Shown piece by piece: positions 13,454 to 27,131 of a stretch of 64,000 bases of DNA; the first letter of the stretch is position 1; every line of letters begins with the position of its first letter. The notes beneath the pieces were generated by a model that did not search any database, was not told where the DNA came from, and saw only the letters and a program-made list of their open reading frames with translations. Source of the stretch: Nymphaea colorata. Its lineage: Eukaryota. Made by a program: the position numbers and the translations under genes. The DNA lies in the NCBI RefSeq assembly GCF_008831285.2, contig NC_045138.2, forward strand, positions 27,404,001 through 27,468,000. The letters run 5' to 3'.

Positions 13454-14478
13454 CTATTTTTTATAAATGGTTTTACATATGGTTTAACCTTACTTTAAAA
13501 ATAGATATTGATTTGCTGTGAGTGGACTTTGAAACAGACCTATCTCGTCTAGAAAGTATAAACAGATTTGGATCAACATCTGAGTTGATTGAAAACAGTT
13601 TTTTTGGTTGCTTTCAAATAAATTCGTCTTTGATATAAGTCCGGCCTGTTTTGAGTTATTTGTTCTTGAAACGAGGTTCAAAGAGTTTTTGATTCGATAT
13701 CAATTCTCATTTGGTTTTGAATGGATCTCAAGTTGAATTTAATTGTTTGAAAACTATAGATTTAATTGCTGCTAATGGATTTCAACATGGATTTAATTTG
13801 TTTTAGTGGTTGTGAACAGCCCTCCGGCTCCAACTGGTCTATTTTAAGGGGTCGATTAAATGGAGGAAGACAGCGGCTACTCTATAAGTCTAGTACTAAC
13901 ACATGTTGATGTTGATACCTTGTGGTTGTTCTCTTGAGCATTGCAATAAAATTGTTGTGTGAAAATACCAGTGCCGATTGAGACAGCACTTGCGTTCTGC
14001 CTGCGGTAAGTTGACAGAGAAACTTGATTATGTTTGCAAATAATAATTAGTGCATGTATATGTATTTATTAGGTTCATGACATTGTTGTTCTAAATACTT
14101 GTCATTCTTGAATGTTTCATGTATGTGCATGTCGAATATTTGAACCATGCATTGTTTAACTTGACTTCATGCAGTAGCAAGGTAAGTTTGATGCTGGACA
14201 TCATACTCATAACTTCCCCAAGTTCTCACACCCAATTTTTCCTTTTCAGGTGATCGTGAATATGGTTGTTGTATTGCCGCGAAGATCTGATGTTACCCAA
14301 CCCATCAATTTTGGGAATTCGATTTTGAAATATGACAAAGTTATGTACTTTATCATTTTATAAAATATTTGTTTTGAACGTATAATCTAATTCGTGTTGG
14401 TGGTTCAAAGTTAGTTTTGGCAACGAAGCCTAATTGTTTCGAAAAAAAAAAAAATTACCTCAAGAAAGTGCTGTTACA
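12258..14478 (+). mobile_element. Probable Gypsy (Tekay/Del-like) solo LTR, degenerate; 5' boundary uncertain
   Basis: Ends in ...GTGCTGTTACA. Candidate start TGTCAAATGCCCCGAAA (12258) or TGTAACA (11931). Contains a CT-rich leader with a splice donor (about 12772), ATGCAT-rich tracts and a TTTTCCTTTTCAGG acceptor near the 3' end, as I recall for such LTRs. No PBS follows and no clean TSD was found. Confidence 0.5.
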
Positions 14479-15041
14479 AAGGAAGTGATGGTAGATGAGA
14501 TGGGAATGAAGAGAATTACGCAGAAGCAGATGGCCATCTTCAAACAGAACCATATTTGTGGATCATGGCAGGTAACGCAAAAGAGAATGATGCATGTTTT
14601 TTAGTAGTCACGCTTTTAAATTGAATGTTTTACAGCTTGTAAAAGATTTATTTTCTTAACCAAAGGATGAGTTTGCAAAAGTCGTAGAAAAATATTCAAG
14701 TGCCATATTTTTCAAACCTCAATGGCTTACAAGAAAGTTTCTTTCCAATGTGATAGGAATTCTGTTGTAGGCTGCAAAAAGTTACACAACCTAATTTTTT
14801 TACAAACAAGCTGTAAAGAACTATACAACTTGTCGGAGAAATCATCTTCTCACTCAAAAAATTGAAGTTTCTTAAAATGGTGTTGATGATGGTGGCAATT
14901 CAGATAAACAGTGATGCTGGTGATTGTAGTCATAAATCGAGAGAAGAACTATCCACATCTAGACTTGTTCATTACCTCTATATGATCAATGATATTGATG
15001 ATATGTAAAGGTTCAGTGCCTTCAAATCAGCAGTGGTGACG

Positions 15042-18000
15042 ATGATAGGTGATGGTGGAGAGCAGAGAATGGCAGAAAAGAATTCCATGGACAACAACAA
15101 ACGGGTGAAAAGGGGAAAAGAGATCGATCTCAGCATCTCATGCATGGTGAACACAGAAGTTGGTGCACTCTTAGCCGTCATGAGGATGAGTCCAGGGGAT
15201 CAATGTGCCTCTCAATTCATTCCAGGTGCAGATGAAGCCCTGGACACCTCCCTCATGAGCGGCCTCAAGTCTTTGCGCACCTTCATCTTCAGCATCCAAC
15301 AAGATTGGCACTCAGTTGATCCCTCTGTCTACCTGTCACCATTCCTTGAAGTGATCCAATTCGATGAGATTGCTGCCCCTGCAGTTGCATCTGCACTGTC
15401 AGCCACCATCAAGATCCTCAAGCTGGACATCTTTGATTCTACTACACCACATTCCCGTGAAGCCATGCACTTGATTGTGGATGCCATCACCAACTGCAGA
15501 CTTGAAAGGAGCGGCCATGCAGCTGATGATACCATCCTGATGAGGATACTTCAGCTTCTGATCTCATGCTTGAGGTGCAAAGCTTCTGTACTATTGAGTG
15601 ACAGTGCTGTTTGCACCATTGTGAACACCTGCTTTCAAGTAGTCCAACAGTCTGCAAGTAGGGGACACTTGCTCCAACGGAGTGCAAGGCTTGCCATGCA
15701 TGAATTGGTCCAAATGATCTATGCTCACTTGCCAGAGGTTCAACGTGGCAGTCGGAATTTGGCAGACAGTGATAATTTCTCGTCCCTGAATTATGGTATT
15801 GGTTGCATGGTAGATATATTTCAGTTTATATGCTCTCTGCTGAATGTAGCTGCTGAGGTGCCAGATTTCAATGCAATGCCCAGCTCACCTGATGAGGATG
15901 TGGAATCTTTTGCTTTGGTCCTGATAAATTCTGCAATTGAAATTGCAGGAGAAGCAATTGGTGAACACCCCAAACTTCTAAAAATGATTCAAGAGGATCT
16001 CTTTTACAATCTCATTCGCCATGGCTCTCACTCCACGCCTTTAGTTTTGTCACTAATTTGCAGTGTAGTCCTGAATTTGTATAATAACTTGAGATCACTT
16101 TTGAAGCTTCAGCTGGAGGCCTTTTTCCGGTTTGTATGCCTGAAAATTGCAAGGGGGAAACTACATTCAATTCAGCAGGAAGAAGTTGCAATTGAAGGAT
16201 TGGTTAGTTTTTGCAGGCAGCCAATGTTTGGGATAGAGATGTACACAAATTTTGACTGCAACCCGCTTTACAGTAACGTATTTGAAGAAATTGGAAAATT
16301 ACTTTGTAAGAGAGCATTCCCAAACAATGGTCCTTTGTCTTCAATACAGGCACAATCTTTTGAAGGGCTAGTGGTGATGATTCAGCATATTGCAGATGGC
16401 ATGGAAAAATCCAGGAGCTCGAAAGCAAACTCAAATTTGCTCTCATCCAATGACGCCTCTTCTTTTAACTCTAATTTGATTCGAATTACAGAGTACAAAC
16501 CATTCTGGACTGAAAAATGTGAAAGATGTGATGATCCAAAGGCATGGGTTGAGTTTATGAGAGTGAGGAAATACATGAAGAAAAGATTGTTGGTATCTGT
16601 AAACCATTTTAACTTGGATGAGAAGAAGGGTCTAGAGTTTTTGAAACATGCACATCTTGTCCCTGATCCCCCTGAAGCACAAAGCTTAGCCTACTTCCTA
16701 AGGTTTACTCCTGGCTTGGACAAAACAATGATTGGAGATTATCTTGGTGACCCTGATGAATTTCATCTTAAAGTTCTCAAGGAATTCACGTCTACCTTCG
16801 ACTTTAAGAATATGATCCTTGATGCAGCCCTCAGGAATTTCCTTGAGACATTTCGGCTGCCTGGGGAATCCCAAAAGATTCAAAGGATTCTTGAGGCATT
16901 TGCTGAGAGGTTTTATGAACAATCAGATGAAATGTTTGTGGACAAAGATGCAGTTTTTGTGTTGTGTTATTCACTGATAATGTTGAACACCGATCAACAT
17001 AATGCACAGGTAAAGAAGAAGATGACAGAGGAGGAATTCATAAAAAACAACAGGAATATAAATGGGGGAAAAGATCTTCCCAGAGAGTATCTTTCAGAGC
17101 TTTTCCAGTCTATTTCAACAAATGAGATCACATTATTTGATCAATCAGGTGGTTCTGTTGAGATGACCCCAAGCAGATGGATCAACATCATCAACCAATC
17201 CAAGACAACTGATGCTTATATCTTTTGTGAAGGCCAGACTCAGTTGAACCATGATATGTTCTCCATCATTGCTGGCCCTGCCATGGCTACATTGGCAACT
17301 GTCTTCGAACATGCAGATGATGACCAGATCATAAACCAGAGCATGGAAGGCTTCCTTGCAGTGGCAAGAATAGCAAGGTAGGTCACTATCAACACAAGTT
17401 TATTTATTTATTTACTTTCAAACATGATTTATGCAAATGTTTCACATACTACTTTTATTCAATTATTATTCGCTTATTTTTGAGACAATCTGATATTGAT
17501 ATGTACATGTTTAAAATCTAGGATAAGATCATTTTCACAGAAAATAGTTTTTTGCACAATTAGTTTGTTAATCAGACATTTACTTCACATTTCTAATACA
17601 ATTGTGGTAATTCAATTTTTTTCTAGGTATCGCCCAAACACACCCTTAGACTTTCTTAGCATTTTAAAATGAACTGAAAAAATTGTTTGACTGTGTCAAT
17701 GATATTTATCATAACTTTATGCAAAATATTTAAAAGTTGATGGAACACAAAGTAGAACTTAGTGTATTTTGAATTGAATTCCATACTAGTACTTTGTATG
17801 TTCAATGCAAATTAAAGTTACATGGGAGTATCAATTAACCAAAAAAAAGGGCAGAGCATATCTAGTCAAGCTGGGAGGCCCATAAGGGGACACGTTATGT
17901 GTTCGATTTCTAGAGGGCACAGTAGGTAATTTGAAGGGTGCACCACTGCAATCTCTGATGCTGATGCAACCTAGGACCCAGGAGATAGGAGGCTTTTGGG

Positions 18001-20651
18001 CTCTTTTTTGGGTGATGGATTGTAAACTTCTCATTCACTCGGAACAAAAGCATGATTCTCACACTCCCTAACATGAAGAGATTTGATTTATTTTCTCCTA
18101 ACAATAAGAATTGCACAAGTAAATCCAATTGTTACCAACTTACCATTTGCCATCCTAAGAAAAACAAGGGAAAGGAGAGAGAGATAGAAGAAGAATGGGT
18201 GAGATTTTGTTCTTTCAAGATAACCAAAAATACTTTTATTTAGGATGCAGAACGGGTAACATCTACTTTAACTGCAAATAATTTATTTCATGCACATCAT
18301 ACATTATCCTTTTAACTATTTCTTTTAGAAAATTAATGGATGGCCATGATATTATCCTAAAACCTTCATGGAGGCCAGCCTTATTGCAAAATTCTAGAGG
18401 AGGCATGAAGGCTGAAGCTATTTTCCAAAAGCTTTACATGTAAAACCCTACTTCTTTTCTTTCTTAATTCGAGAGGGGTGGGGGGGCACACACACCCCAC
18501 CGCTCCTGGATCTGCCCTGGAAACAAGGTTTTGCATATAGCATTTTTAAAATGGAAGAGATTATTTTTTACCCATTGTGAATATAAACATGTGTGTGAGA
18601 GAGAGCAAATAATAAACAAATCATGTAGTTGAGTAAGCACATAGATGTTTTTGTGTGCGTATGTATTCATATTCGTCTAGGTCATCTACTTGAATAGGAT
18701 CATCTTATTTTGTTGAGAGAATACAAGACCATGATATTTTCTTCTATAGTAAATGATGTACGCACTTCCATTCTATGCCAAACCTTATTCTTTTCTGTGA
18801 TATGTGTCGGCTGCCAACAGGTACAATTTGGAAGATGTTCTAGACGAGATTCTTGCAATGTTATGCAAGTTCACCACATTGCTCAATCCATTTGCTTCCC
18901 TGGAAGAAACCTTCTTCAGTCTAACAGAAGATGTGAAACCTAGACTAGCAACTTTAGCAGTCTTCACCATTGCCAACAAGTTCGGTGATTCCATCAGAAG
19001 TTCCTGGAGAAATGTGGTCGATTGTTTGCTAAGACTGAAAAGGCTCAAGCTCTTGCCTCCTGGACTTGCAGGGTCTGATAATGAAACTCCACCCCCTCGA
19101 ATGGATCTTGATCTTCCTTTGCACTCCAGAACTGAATCTGGTGTTATATTTCCATCAACGGTAAACGATGATCGCAGATTCTCCAGCCTTATTGGGAAAT
19201 TTGGACAGTTCATTTCAACTGAGAACGATGAGGAGTCCATTTCTACTACTGTTGGTAACACCAATAAGAGGAATCTCCAGTTCATCAACCAATGTTGTAT
19301 TGAAGGCATATTTTCAAAATCGAAGCATCTACATGAAGAGTCCTTGCAAAATCTTGGCAAAGCAATTTTGTTGGCTGGTGCTGGAAGGGGACAAAAATTC
19401 ACTAGTCCTTTAGATGAAGAAGAAACAGCAGCATTTTGCTGGGACCTAATTGTAATGCTCACTGAAAACAACATTGATCGGTTCATGTCCTTTTGGCCCG
19501 CTTTCCATGACTGTCTGGGACTGATAAGCCAATTGCCTCTGTTTGGTTCATGTCCTTTTGTTGAGAAGTCGCTCTTTGGTGTGTTAAACGTCACTTCTAA
19601 GCTGTTGCACAAAGCTGACAAGACTTCTGAGGAGCTCATCTTTAAGTCCCTGCAACTAATATGGAAAATTGATAGCCGAGTTGTAGATTCATGTTGCGAG
19701 GCATTAACACAAATATCTGCAAATATACTAAAAGAAAATGCAAAGAACATCCAGACACAATTTGGGTGGAAGTCCATAATTGCTATTCTATCAATCAGTG
19801 CCCGAAGCCCGGAAGCTTTCAATGATGGTGTTGAGGCACTTATCTCCTTAATGTCTGATAATGTTGCATGTGTTACAAGGTTAAATTACAGCATATGTAT
19901 TGAATCTGCTTTTAGTTTTTCAGCTTCGAAGCTCAGTTCCATAGAGAAAAGCATGCAAGTGCTTGATCTAATGGCAGATTCTGTGAACTTGTTAGTCAGC
20001 TGGCTTAGTTCCGGATTCTCAGACCCTGGCAGCAATAACTCATCATCGACAGCCCAAGATTCTTCTAGGAACAGTATATCATCTATAGGTACAATGTTTG
20101 TGAGATTAGTTGAAAGCATTCGGAAAATATGTCTGGTCAGGAGAGAAGAGATCAGGAATCACGCAGTTTTGACTTTGAAGAGGTGTTTCACAAAGGCTGA
20201 AGGGTTGGGATTCACTTCAACTGTGTGCCTACATTGCTTCAATCATGTAATATTTGCTATGGCGGATGATCTCTTAGAGAAAGCCATTGAATACTCGAGA
20301 AGGGAGAACTCTGAGAAGGAGATGCGAAGCATGGAGGGGACACTTTGTCTAGCCATGGAATTCCTAACGGAGGCTTTCATTCAATTTCTAAGAACTCTAT
20401 CTTCTGTCTCTGGATTTAGATCTTTCTGGATGGGAGTCTTGCGGAGGATGGACACTTGCATGAAGACAGAACTAGGTGATAGTGACAAGATGCAGATTTT
20501 GATACCAACGCTGTTGAAGAAGATGATACTAGCCATGAAAGAGCATAATATCTTAGTAAACAGTGAAGATAACGAATTGTGGGACATCACTGTTACTCAA
20601 ATTTTGTGGATAGCTCCAGCTGTTAAAGATGAGCTCTTTCCTGGATACTAA
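15042..20651 (+). CDS. GNL2: GBF1/GNOM-family large ARF guanine-nucleotide exchange factor, GNOM-like 2 type, about 1388 aa
   Basis: Two exons, 15042-17377 and 18821-20651 (AG|GTAGGT ... CAACAG|G, in frame). Motifs: DCB NTEVGALLAVMR, HUS box NFDCNP, Sec7 FRLPGESQKIQRILEAF and YSLIMLNTDQHN, and the C-terminal REEIRNHAV / SMEGTL / LWDIT..QI.WIAP.VKDELFP typical of GNL2. Start could also be ATG 15069. Confidence 0.93.
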
Positions 20652-21372
20652 CTGCTAGCTTGCAGGTTCTTTCATTGAATTCAGTGTCATGTATATTACA
20701 CAGAGCATCTTGTCCTTGCATATTGAAGTTTCTTAATCTAATGAATCTTTAAATTGATAACTTCTTGTCAAAAAATCTTGAGGTTTCTTAACCGACTTGC
20801 TCTTAGAAGTTCGGAGTATGAATGTATTCGTTGCGTATTATTTTGTGGAGTTTTGTTTCATAAGTAATTGGATTGGCAGGGATCATTCTTTCTAGTTTTT
20901 TCCGCCGAGTCACGTTTTTCTAGTATTTTCAAATATGCGCCGCTCGTAACCAAATTTAGCCGACAAAAACTTATAACGTAAGCGCCGCGCAATTTCTCTC
21001 TCTCCGGCGGCCTCTTGCCGCTGCTCCTCACGGTAATCTTTCTATGTCCGATGATGGATCTCTTGAAACGGAACCCTAGATGATCGCCCTTTTTTCGCTG
21101 GGAGAAGAATATTTCAAGCGTCAAGTGCAGCAAAGTCAGGAAACGGAATCCGGGCAGTGTGCTTTTTCAGTTACATAGTCAGACGCGGACGTTCTTGTCA
21201 ACAGTAACGGTTTGTCTTCTGTTGTCGCTGCCCGAGATTGACAATGAATCAGCAGCCGGAATCCTCCCCGCTTCTATTGAATTCCCGAAGAATCATCCGC
21301 CATCCATCTAATCCTTGAGAGCTTGTCGCCGAAAACCGCGGTCGTCACTTCTCTGAAGCAAGGGATTAGCAC

Positions 21373-21375
<3 letters not shown>

Positions 21376-21457
<82 letters not shown>
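21376..21457. repeat. (CT)n microsatellite in the probable PHAX 5' leader
   Basis: About 40 perfect CT units, upstream of a putative 5'UTR intron (donor about 21550, acceptor 22190). Confidence 0.95.
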
Positions 21458-21460
<3 letters not shown>

Positions 21461-22202
21461 TTCGGCTGTGCCAGTTGTCTGCGTGTTGGATGGGTCCCTG
21501 TTATTGCCGGGGCGAGCATTGCTGTGTTCTGTGAAGGTTTCCTGTTTCGGTGAGTTTTCGCTTTTCATTTTGTTTCTTATGAGGGTTCTGTGAAAGGGTA
21601 TTGGCGTTAGGATGTTTTTGAGCGTTAGGATGTCCCCGCCCTCGTCTTTCGCCCGCCCCTCTTTCCCCATCTCCATTTCCCTGCTCTCATCTCTCGCCCG
21701 CCCCTCCTTCCCCTGCTCCTTTCCTGTCCTTTCTATCCCAGTTCCCTCCCCCGTCCCCCTTTTCCTTTCCCAGCAGCGCCGGGGAGTGGCCGCACAGTCA
21801 TATCCCTCCTCCGAACCCAGCACTCTCGCCCGTCTCCTTCCCTAGGTCCCTTCCCTGTCCCCTGTCTGTCCCCGTCAGCACCAGTTCACATTTGATATTT
21901 GAAAAATGAGATGTAGTTTTCTGTAGGGCGAACGTGTGCAGTTCCTGTTTACCATCAATTTGTTTGCGTGGCATTTTTTTTCTGATGTATCTCAGTAGTT
22001 TGGAGATTTTTGTTTGTAGTGTCTGGTTTTCTCCATAGCTAGTCTCAGAAATAGCATCCAGATTTTTATTTGTAATTTTCTCCATAGCTAGTTTCAGAAA
22101 AAGCATCCACTACCCACCGATTAAGGCCATACATTGTCATCTAAAAGTATTTGGGCCAGGTATTACAGTACCACAGGTCCAACTCTGCAGGTTGCAATTT
22201 TC

Positions 22203-25200
22203 ATGGAGGAGGATACTCTTTTGCAAGCGATATATGAAGATGAGGCCCTTGATTTTGAGGATGTGGAGATGGCCGATGTAGAAGACGGGCAGGAACTGCC
22301 AGAACATGTCGAGGATGTGACTGGTACAGCTGAAGGTGATGACTCCCTTCGGGGAAAAACAGAGGATGTAAAGATGGTATCCCGGAAGAGGCGCCGGAAG
22401 TCTAGAAAGAGAGATAAGAACCTTAACGGTGCTAGAAAGGATGATAGCACATATATGGACAGGTTAGCAACAGATGCTACTGTATCGTACTAATACCAAT
22501 TACTCTGAAATCAATTTCTGATGTGTCTTGCTGTTTAGATAGCTAAAAAGAAAGAATTTTTGAAAATGGCGTTTAAAGTGGAATCTTGAAAACTGTTATT
22601 GTCAAAGATGAAATAATCTTGCACTCATGCTTAAGGCTACATCATTTGCGAGATGCAATTTGAGTAGTATAATTGTCTTGTACTTTCTTTGTGGTTCGAC
22701 TAATCATGTTGTATTTTTGTACATACAGTTTTGTTTTGGAAACCAGTAGACGTTTAAATGAGAAGAAGATACACCTTGTTCGTGAGGCTGTCAAATATCT
22801 TGGACTTGCAGCAGTAAACGATCTTGTTGCTGAGGTAATCCTTTTTTTTTTTTCCCTTCCTCATAGGTGCTATCTAATACTTTTGGTGCTACTATTGGCC
22901 ACTTCTTGTTTGTTGCACCTAGTTCCATATTTACATCCACGTAATTCATCTTTGGCCTATTTGATTCTGGTCTCTACGACAAAAATGCCTTAACCAACTA
23001 TCAGAGAATAAAGGGGAAAAATGATAGGGAGTTTCAGGCATTTTACCTATGACACAATTGTAGTATTTGCATTAGTCAGGATATTTTGCATTCTTTTTGT
23101 ACTTAGTGGATAACAAAATTCTAGACTCAGTTACTTTTCCTTTTGTGCCTGAAAAAAGTGTAACTGGCTCTCTTGGTATTGAAACTAAACAGGTGATATC
23201 TCTAACATACCATAAGAATATGGTTAGTGAGCTAATGTGTTATGTTGTATGAAGTATATCTCCTTAGAAAAGGAGGGGAAAACACAAAGGACTTCCTTTC
23301 CAAGTTGGTAACGAACTTTTAGAAAATTGATTTACTGCAATATATAGAGCAAAAATTTCTGGTTCTTGTCCAGATTAGTGGATGAAATGTATCTCTTTTA
23401 CCTTCGTTTGCGCTGAGAGTTGAGGCAACTTAAGAAGTCTTTCACAATGACAAAGCTTTCCGGAGCTTAACATGAGAGGTTTGTTGTAAAATCTCGAGAA
23501 CACATTGACGTGGTACACCAAATAATGTCTGGACGTTAACTCCTGAAAACGCTAATGTCAAGTAACATTCTTAGCTACTAGATTAAAATTCTCCTCCTCA
23601 TTTTTTCAGTTTTGGGAAGATGCCAAAAACCTCCATCCAAGTTATTCATGATCAAATTTGAACTTTTTTTTTTGGTATGCTTTGTTTTCTTTTTTCTGTT
23701 GCAATATTTTGTCCACTCAAGAGAAGAAACTTCATGTTTCACTAATTGAAATCCTCCTCGAAGCCAACTTAAGGAAAGATGGCTGGTTTTCATCATGTTT
23801 ACTTGACGAGATGGCTTTACAAACTATGTGATTGGAGTGCTGGATACTTCTCCTAATAGGACATTCTGGTTTGTGTCTTATGTAGGTTATTTAAATCAGT
23901 CAATTTTTCTAATCTACATGAGAATTTTCTTGGGTATCATTTTGTACAGGTCACCTGAAAAATAAAACAACACTGCAGCATCGAATACACCTGCCCTTTT
24001 TGCTTTGGAAACAACTACTTCCAAAAACTCTGGTTATGAACTTGAGGAATTGGAATAGACAAAGTTAGATCTCACTTCTACTTAAGAGCCCTCTAAGCCA
24101 CTAAAATTATATGAATCTGAGTTGCAGTAGAGTTGGGTAAACAATTTAATGATTCTTTCTGCTATCTTGGTAGACCATTCATTTTTCTTTTATGGTGATA
24201 GGGGTATTTTTTTTTTTTTGGGGGATCTGTCAGACTTCTCGACCTTAGGAGGTGCATGTTTACCATGCTTAGTTGTCCTTCAATGCACGGGTGAGCAGAT
24301 ACCTTTCCCATCCATACCTGAAGGTCTCCCACTCTTTTTTAGCCTTTATGAAAAATAGCACATGCCTTTTCTCGGACGTTGAAGTCTAATTTCTAAACCC
24401 CTTTCAAAGCTATTAAGGATTTGATTCGGTCCAATGATACTACTATATAGAAAATTTGTCTTTCTGCTTCTTAAATTTGAGAAGCTGAAATTGTTTAAAG
24501 AGGCTTTGAGGATCTGGTGCTTAGGGAATGGAAAGTCAAAATTATGACAACCTTCAACTCTTTCTGATTATTTTGCTTGTCGTGTTCAACTTTGAACCTT
24601 GAAACTTTGCTGTCCATTCATAGAGAAATTTCTCTATACATGGTATTTCTTCATGGACTGCAGAAATAAAAGACTTCCTCAACAAGTTTCATGAGTCAAT
24701 TCTTCAAAATTCTTCTGTTACTTTCAGGGGAGGGCAAGCCTTAGCTCAATTTTATTTAGGAAAGCTCACTTTTATTTAGGAAAGAACACACCTGCTATTG
24801 GTGGTTTTGTCATGGTATCAGTTGGATCAAATTCATAAAGCAAAATCAGTTCTAATATAAAGTCGGAAACACAATCCTTTAGCTGATAAATTGGATCCTT
24901 CTGGCTGGTCTTTATAGAGATGCGAAAGACCAAACAATGTCAGCATGATGTGAGGGAACTTTTCCTTGCAAATTTGCTTCAAGTTGTGCTTACACATACA
25001 GTTTTTTCTGCTTCCAAGATTTTTTGTTCACCTAGAACTGTAGTTCATATTTGGATGATTCCTTGGCTGCATAGTTATGTCAATTTGCAGTTTAGTACTC
25101 GGGGTATCACTTTTTTTTTTTGTGATTCCAATTGCTTTGGGCTTGTGTACTTCTTAATGTCTCCATGCTTGCAAGTTGCAACGGTTAGCTCCATCAGTGT

Positions 25201-25987
25201 ATTAGCTTAAATATATGGAAAACAACCATTTTTTCTATTCCTTTTTACTCAGAAATAAGGTAAATGTTGCAACTTGAATCTCATTTTGGTTTATGTGTGA
25301 ATGCCTTCTCCTTTAAGTTGCACATTCTTCCAATTCTTATTCGGAACTATATTCTTTGGTCTGATTCTGAGAAAGGTCATCCTTTTCCTGGCCTGGTTTG
25401 TCAATGCTCCTGTTGGTTCTCTTTATTGAAATTTGGATTTATGTGGTATCATGTCTTGCAGGTGGATACAATTCAGAAGTGTGGGGGTCAAATGACTGTT
25501 GATGGTACACGCCAGCGGACAGGGGGTGGCATATTATGGAACATCCTTAGATTGCGTGACCGAAAAGCTTATAGGGAGATAATGGCAAGGGGAAAGAAAT
25601 TCATGGTACAAACTTAATCGTGTGAATGATCTACTTTTACATATGGCTTGGTAACTGGCAGTTCCCTGGCCGTTTAGAAACAAATTCAAAATTTTTGTTT
25701 GGTCTGTTGGGTAAGAATGTGGTTATTTTCTTATTTTGCAGAGGCAACGTAAACAAGTCCGAGTGATGGATAAGCTTCAAAAAGAAACTGTGGAAACACC
25801 ACACTCATCTGATATGGCCACTAGTGAATGTTTGAAGAATTCATCAACTGCTGAGCCAGTGCAGGATGAATTGTCTAAACATGATTCACCGCAAAACCGT
25901 GTTTCTGTTTGGCACAGGGTGCGTGTGCCAGTAAGTTACGGTGACCTGGTTGATGATGGAACGGAAGAAGGAGAAATCACCGAGTGA
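22203..25987 (+). CDS. PHAX: PHAX (phosphorylated adaptor for RNA export) RNA-binding-domain protein, about 251 aa
   Basis: Exons 22203-22462, 22729-22834, 25462-25605 and 25742-25987 join in frame. Acidic N-terminus, basic RKRRRKSRKR, domain FVLETSRRLNEKK...LVAEVDTIQKCGGQMTVDGTRQRTGGGILWNIL, and a C-terminal RVRVPVSYGDL. Confidence 0.88.
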
Positions 25988-27131
25988 AATGATGCAGTAG
26001 AAGCCCAGCTGCTCCTAGTGCTAAGCTGCCTTTTTTAGGTCATGCTTGCACAGACCAAAGTATGAAGAGAGGCCTTCTTTTCCTTTGTTTTTCCAAGTAC
26101 CAGGGGAAGTTGGTAACCAACAGTTAGAATAGCAACCGGAGGTCCAAGATTTTATTTCAGAACGATGTTTGGCAAATCGCTCTAAAAAAGCCTATACTCT
26201 CCTTGAGGAATTTGGTGTTTTTTCACAATGCAGCCAGATCTATGGGCAGGAGAAATCTCAGTGTTCATGAATTTTGTTGTAACTTGGGAAGCTAGTAGTC
26301 ATACTCACATTGGTAAAATTTGCGGACGCAATGAATACATCATGGTTTACACAGAAAGGCCGTTAGTCCCTTACGTTTTTGGCAAACTCTGTCTAATTAG
26401 TCGTTGATGTGCAATATGTTTGACGGACTGACAGAGGGAACAATTCACTTGTCAAGAAGCGACTAAAATGCGCCTTCAAAACCTTGTTCTTTTGAAGGCA
26501 GGATTTAGGGATTAAAGGAATACTCTTGTGTACAACTCATGAATGATACGATTTGAACTAAGTTCCTATGGTGTTGACTTTTGAATTTGATTCATGAAAT
26601 TCCCATCTTGCAGCTTGGTGTTCAAGGAATATCTTAACGTTTTCTGAAACCAAAACTGATAGAAAACTAAACAGAACTTATTCTGTCTATTGTTTATTAT
26701 TATACTAACATTAATAGTTCATTCTACAGTTTATTTTGTGAATTGAAGACCTTTAGTAATGTACTGAATTTTGTTACTGATCTCTTCCTGTTCCACTTCT
26801 TGGTGACTATGGTCCTTCATTATTGGCTCTGGTTTGATGTGGCCCAATATATGCCAGGCGTTATATGACCCACTGTAACAGTGGCTTCCAATACCGTCGA
26901 ACTGGGCAATCATTTGACATAGCCAAGCATGTGCATATTATACAGATAATGATCCATAGGTTTCTAATTTTCACACTTTTTCCTTAAGCGACATGTTTGG
27001 CACCAACTGAAACACGAACAACGTAAGAAACTGCTACAGGCGTAACACGGTTGCATAAACGTGTTCATGTTTTCATGGCGTCTTTTTACAGTAAGCCATC
27101 CACCTTTCAAAACTGTTGACTGTGCCTTCTT

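Noticed and set aside
18785..19822. 345-aa minus-strand ORF
   Set aside because: Antisense to GNL2 exon 2.
26731..26913. 60-aa ORF between PHAX and PP2C
   Set aside because: Lies in the probable PP2C 3' region and has no recognisable motif.
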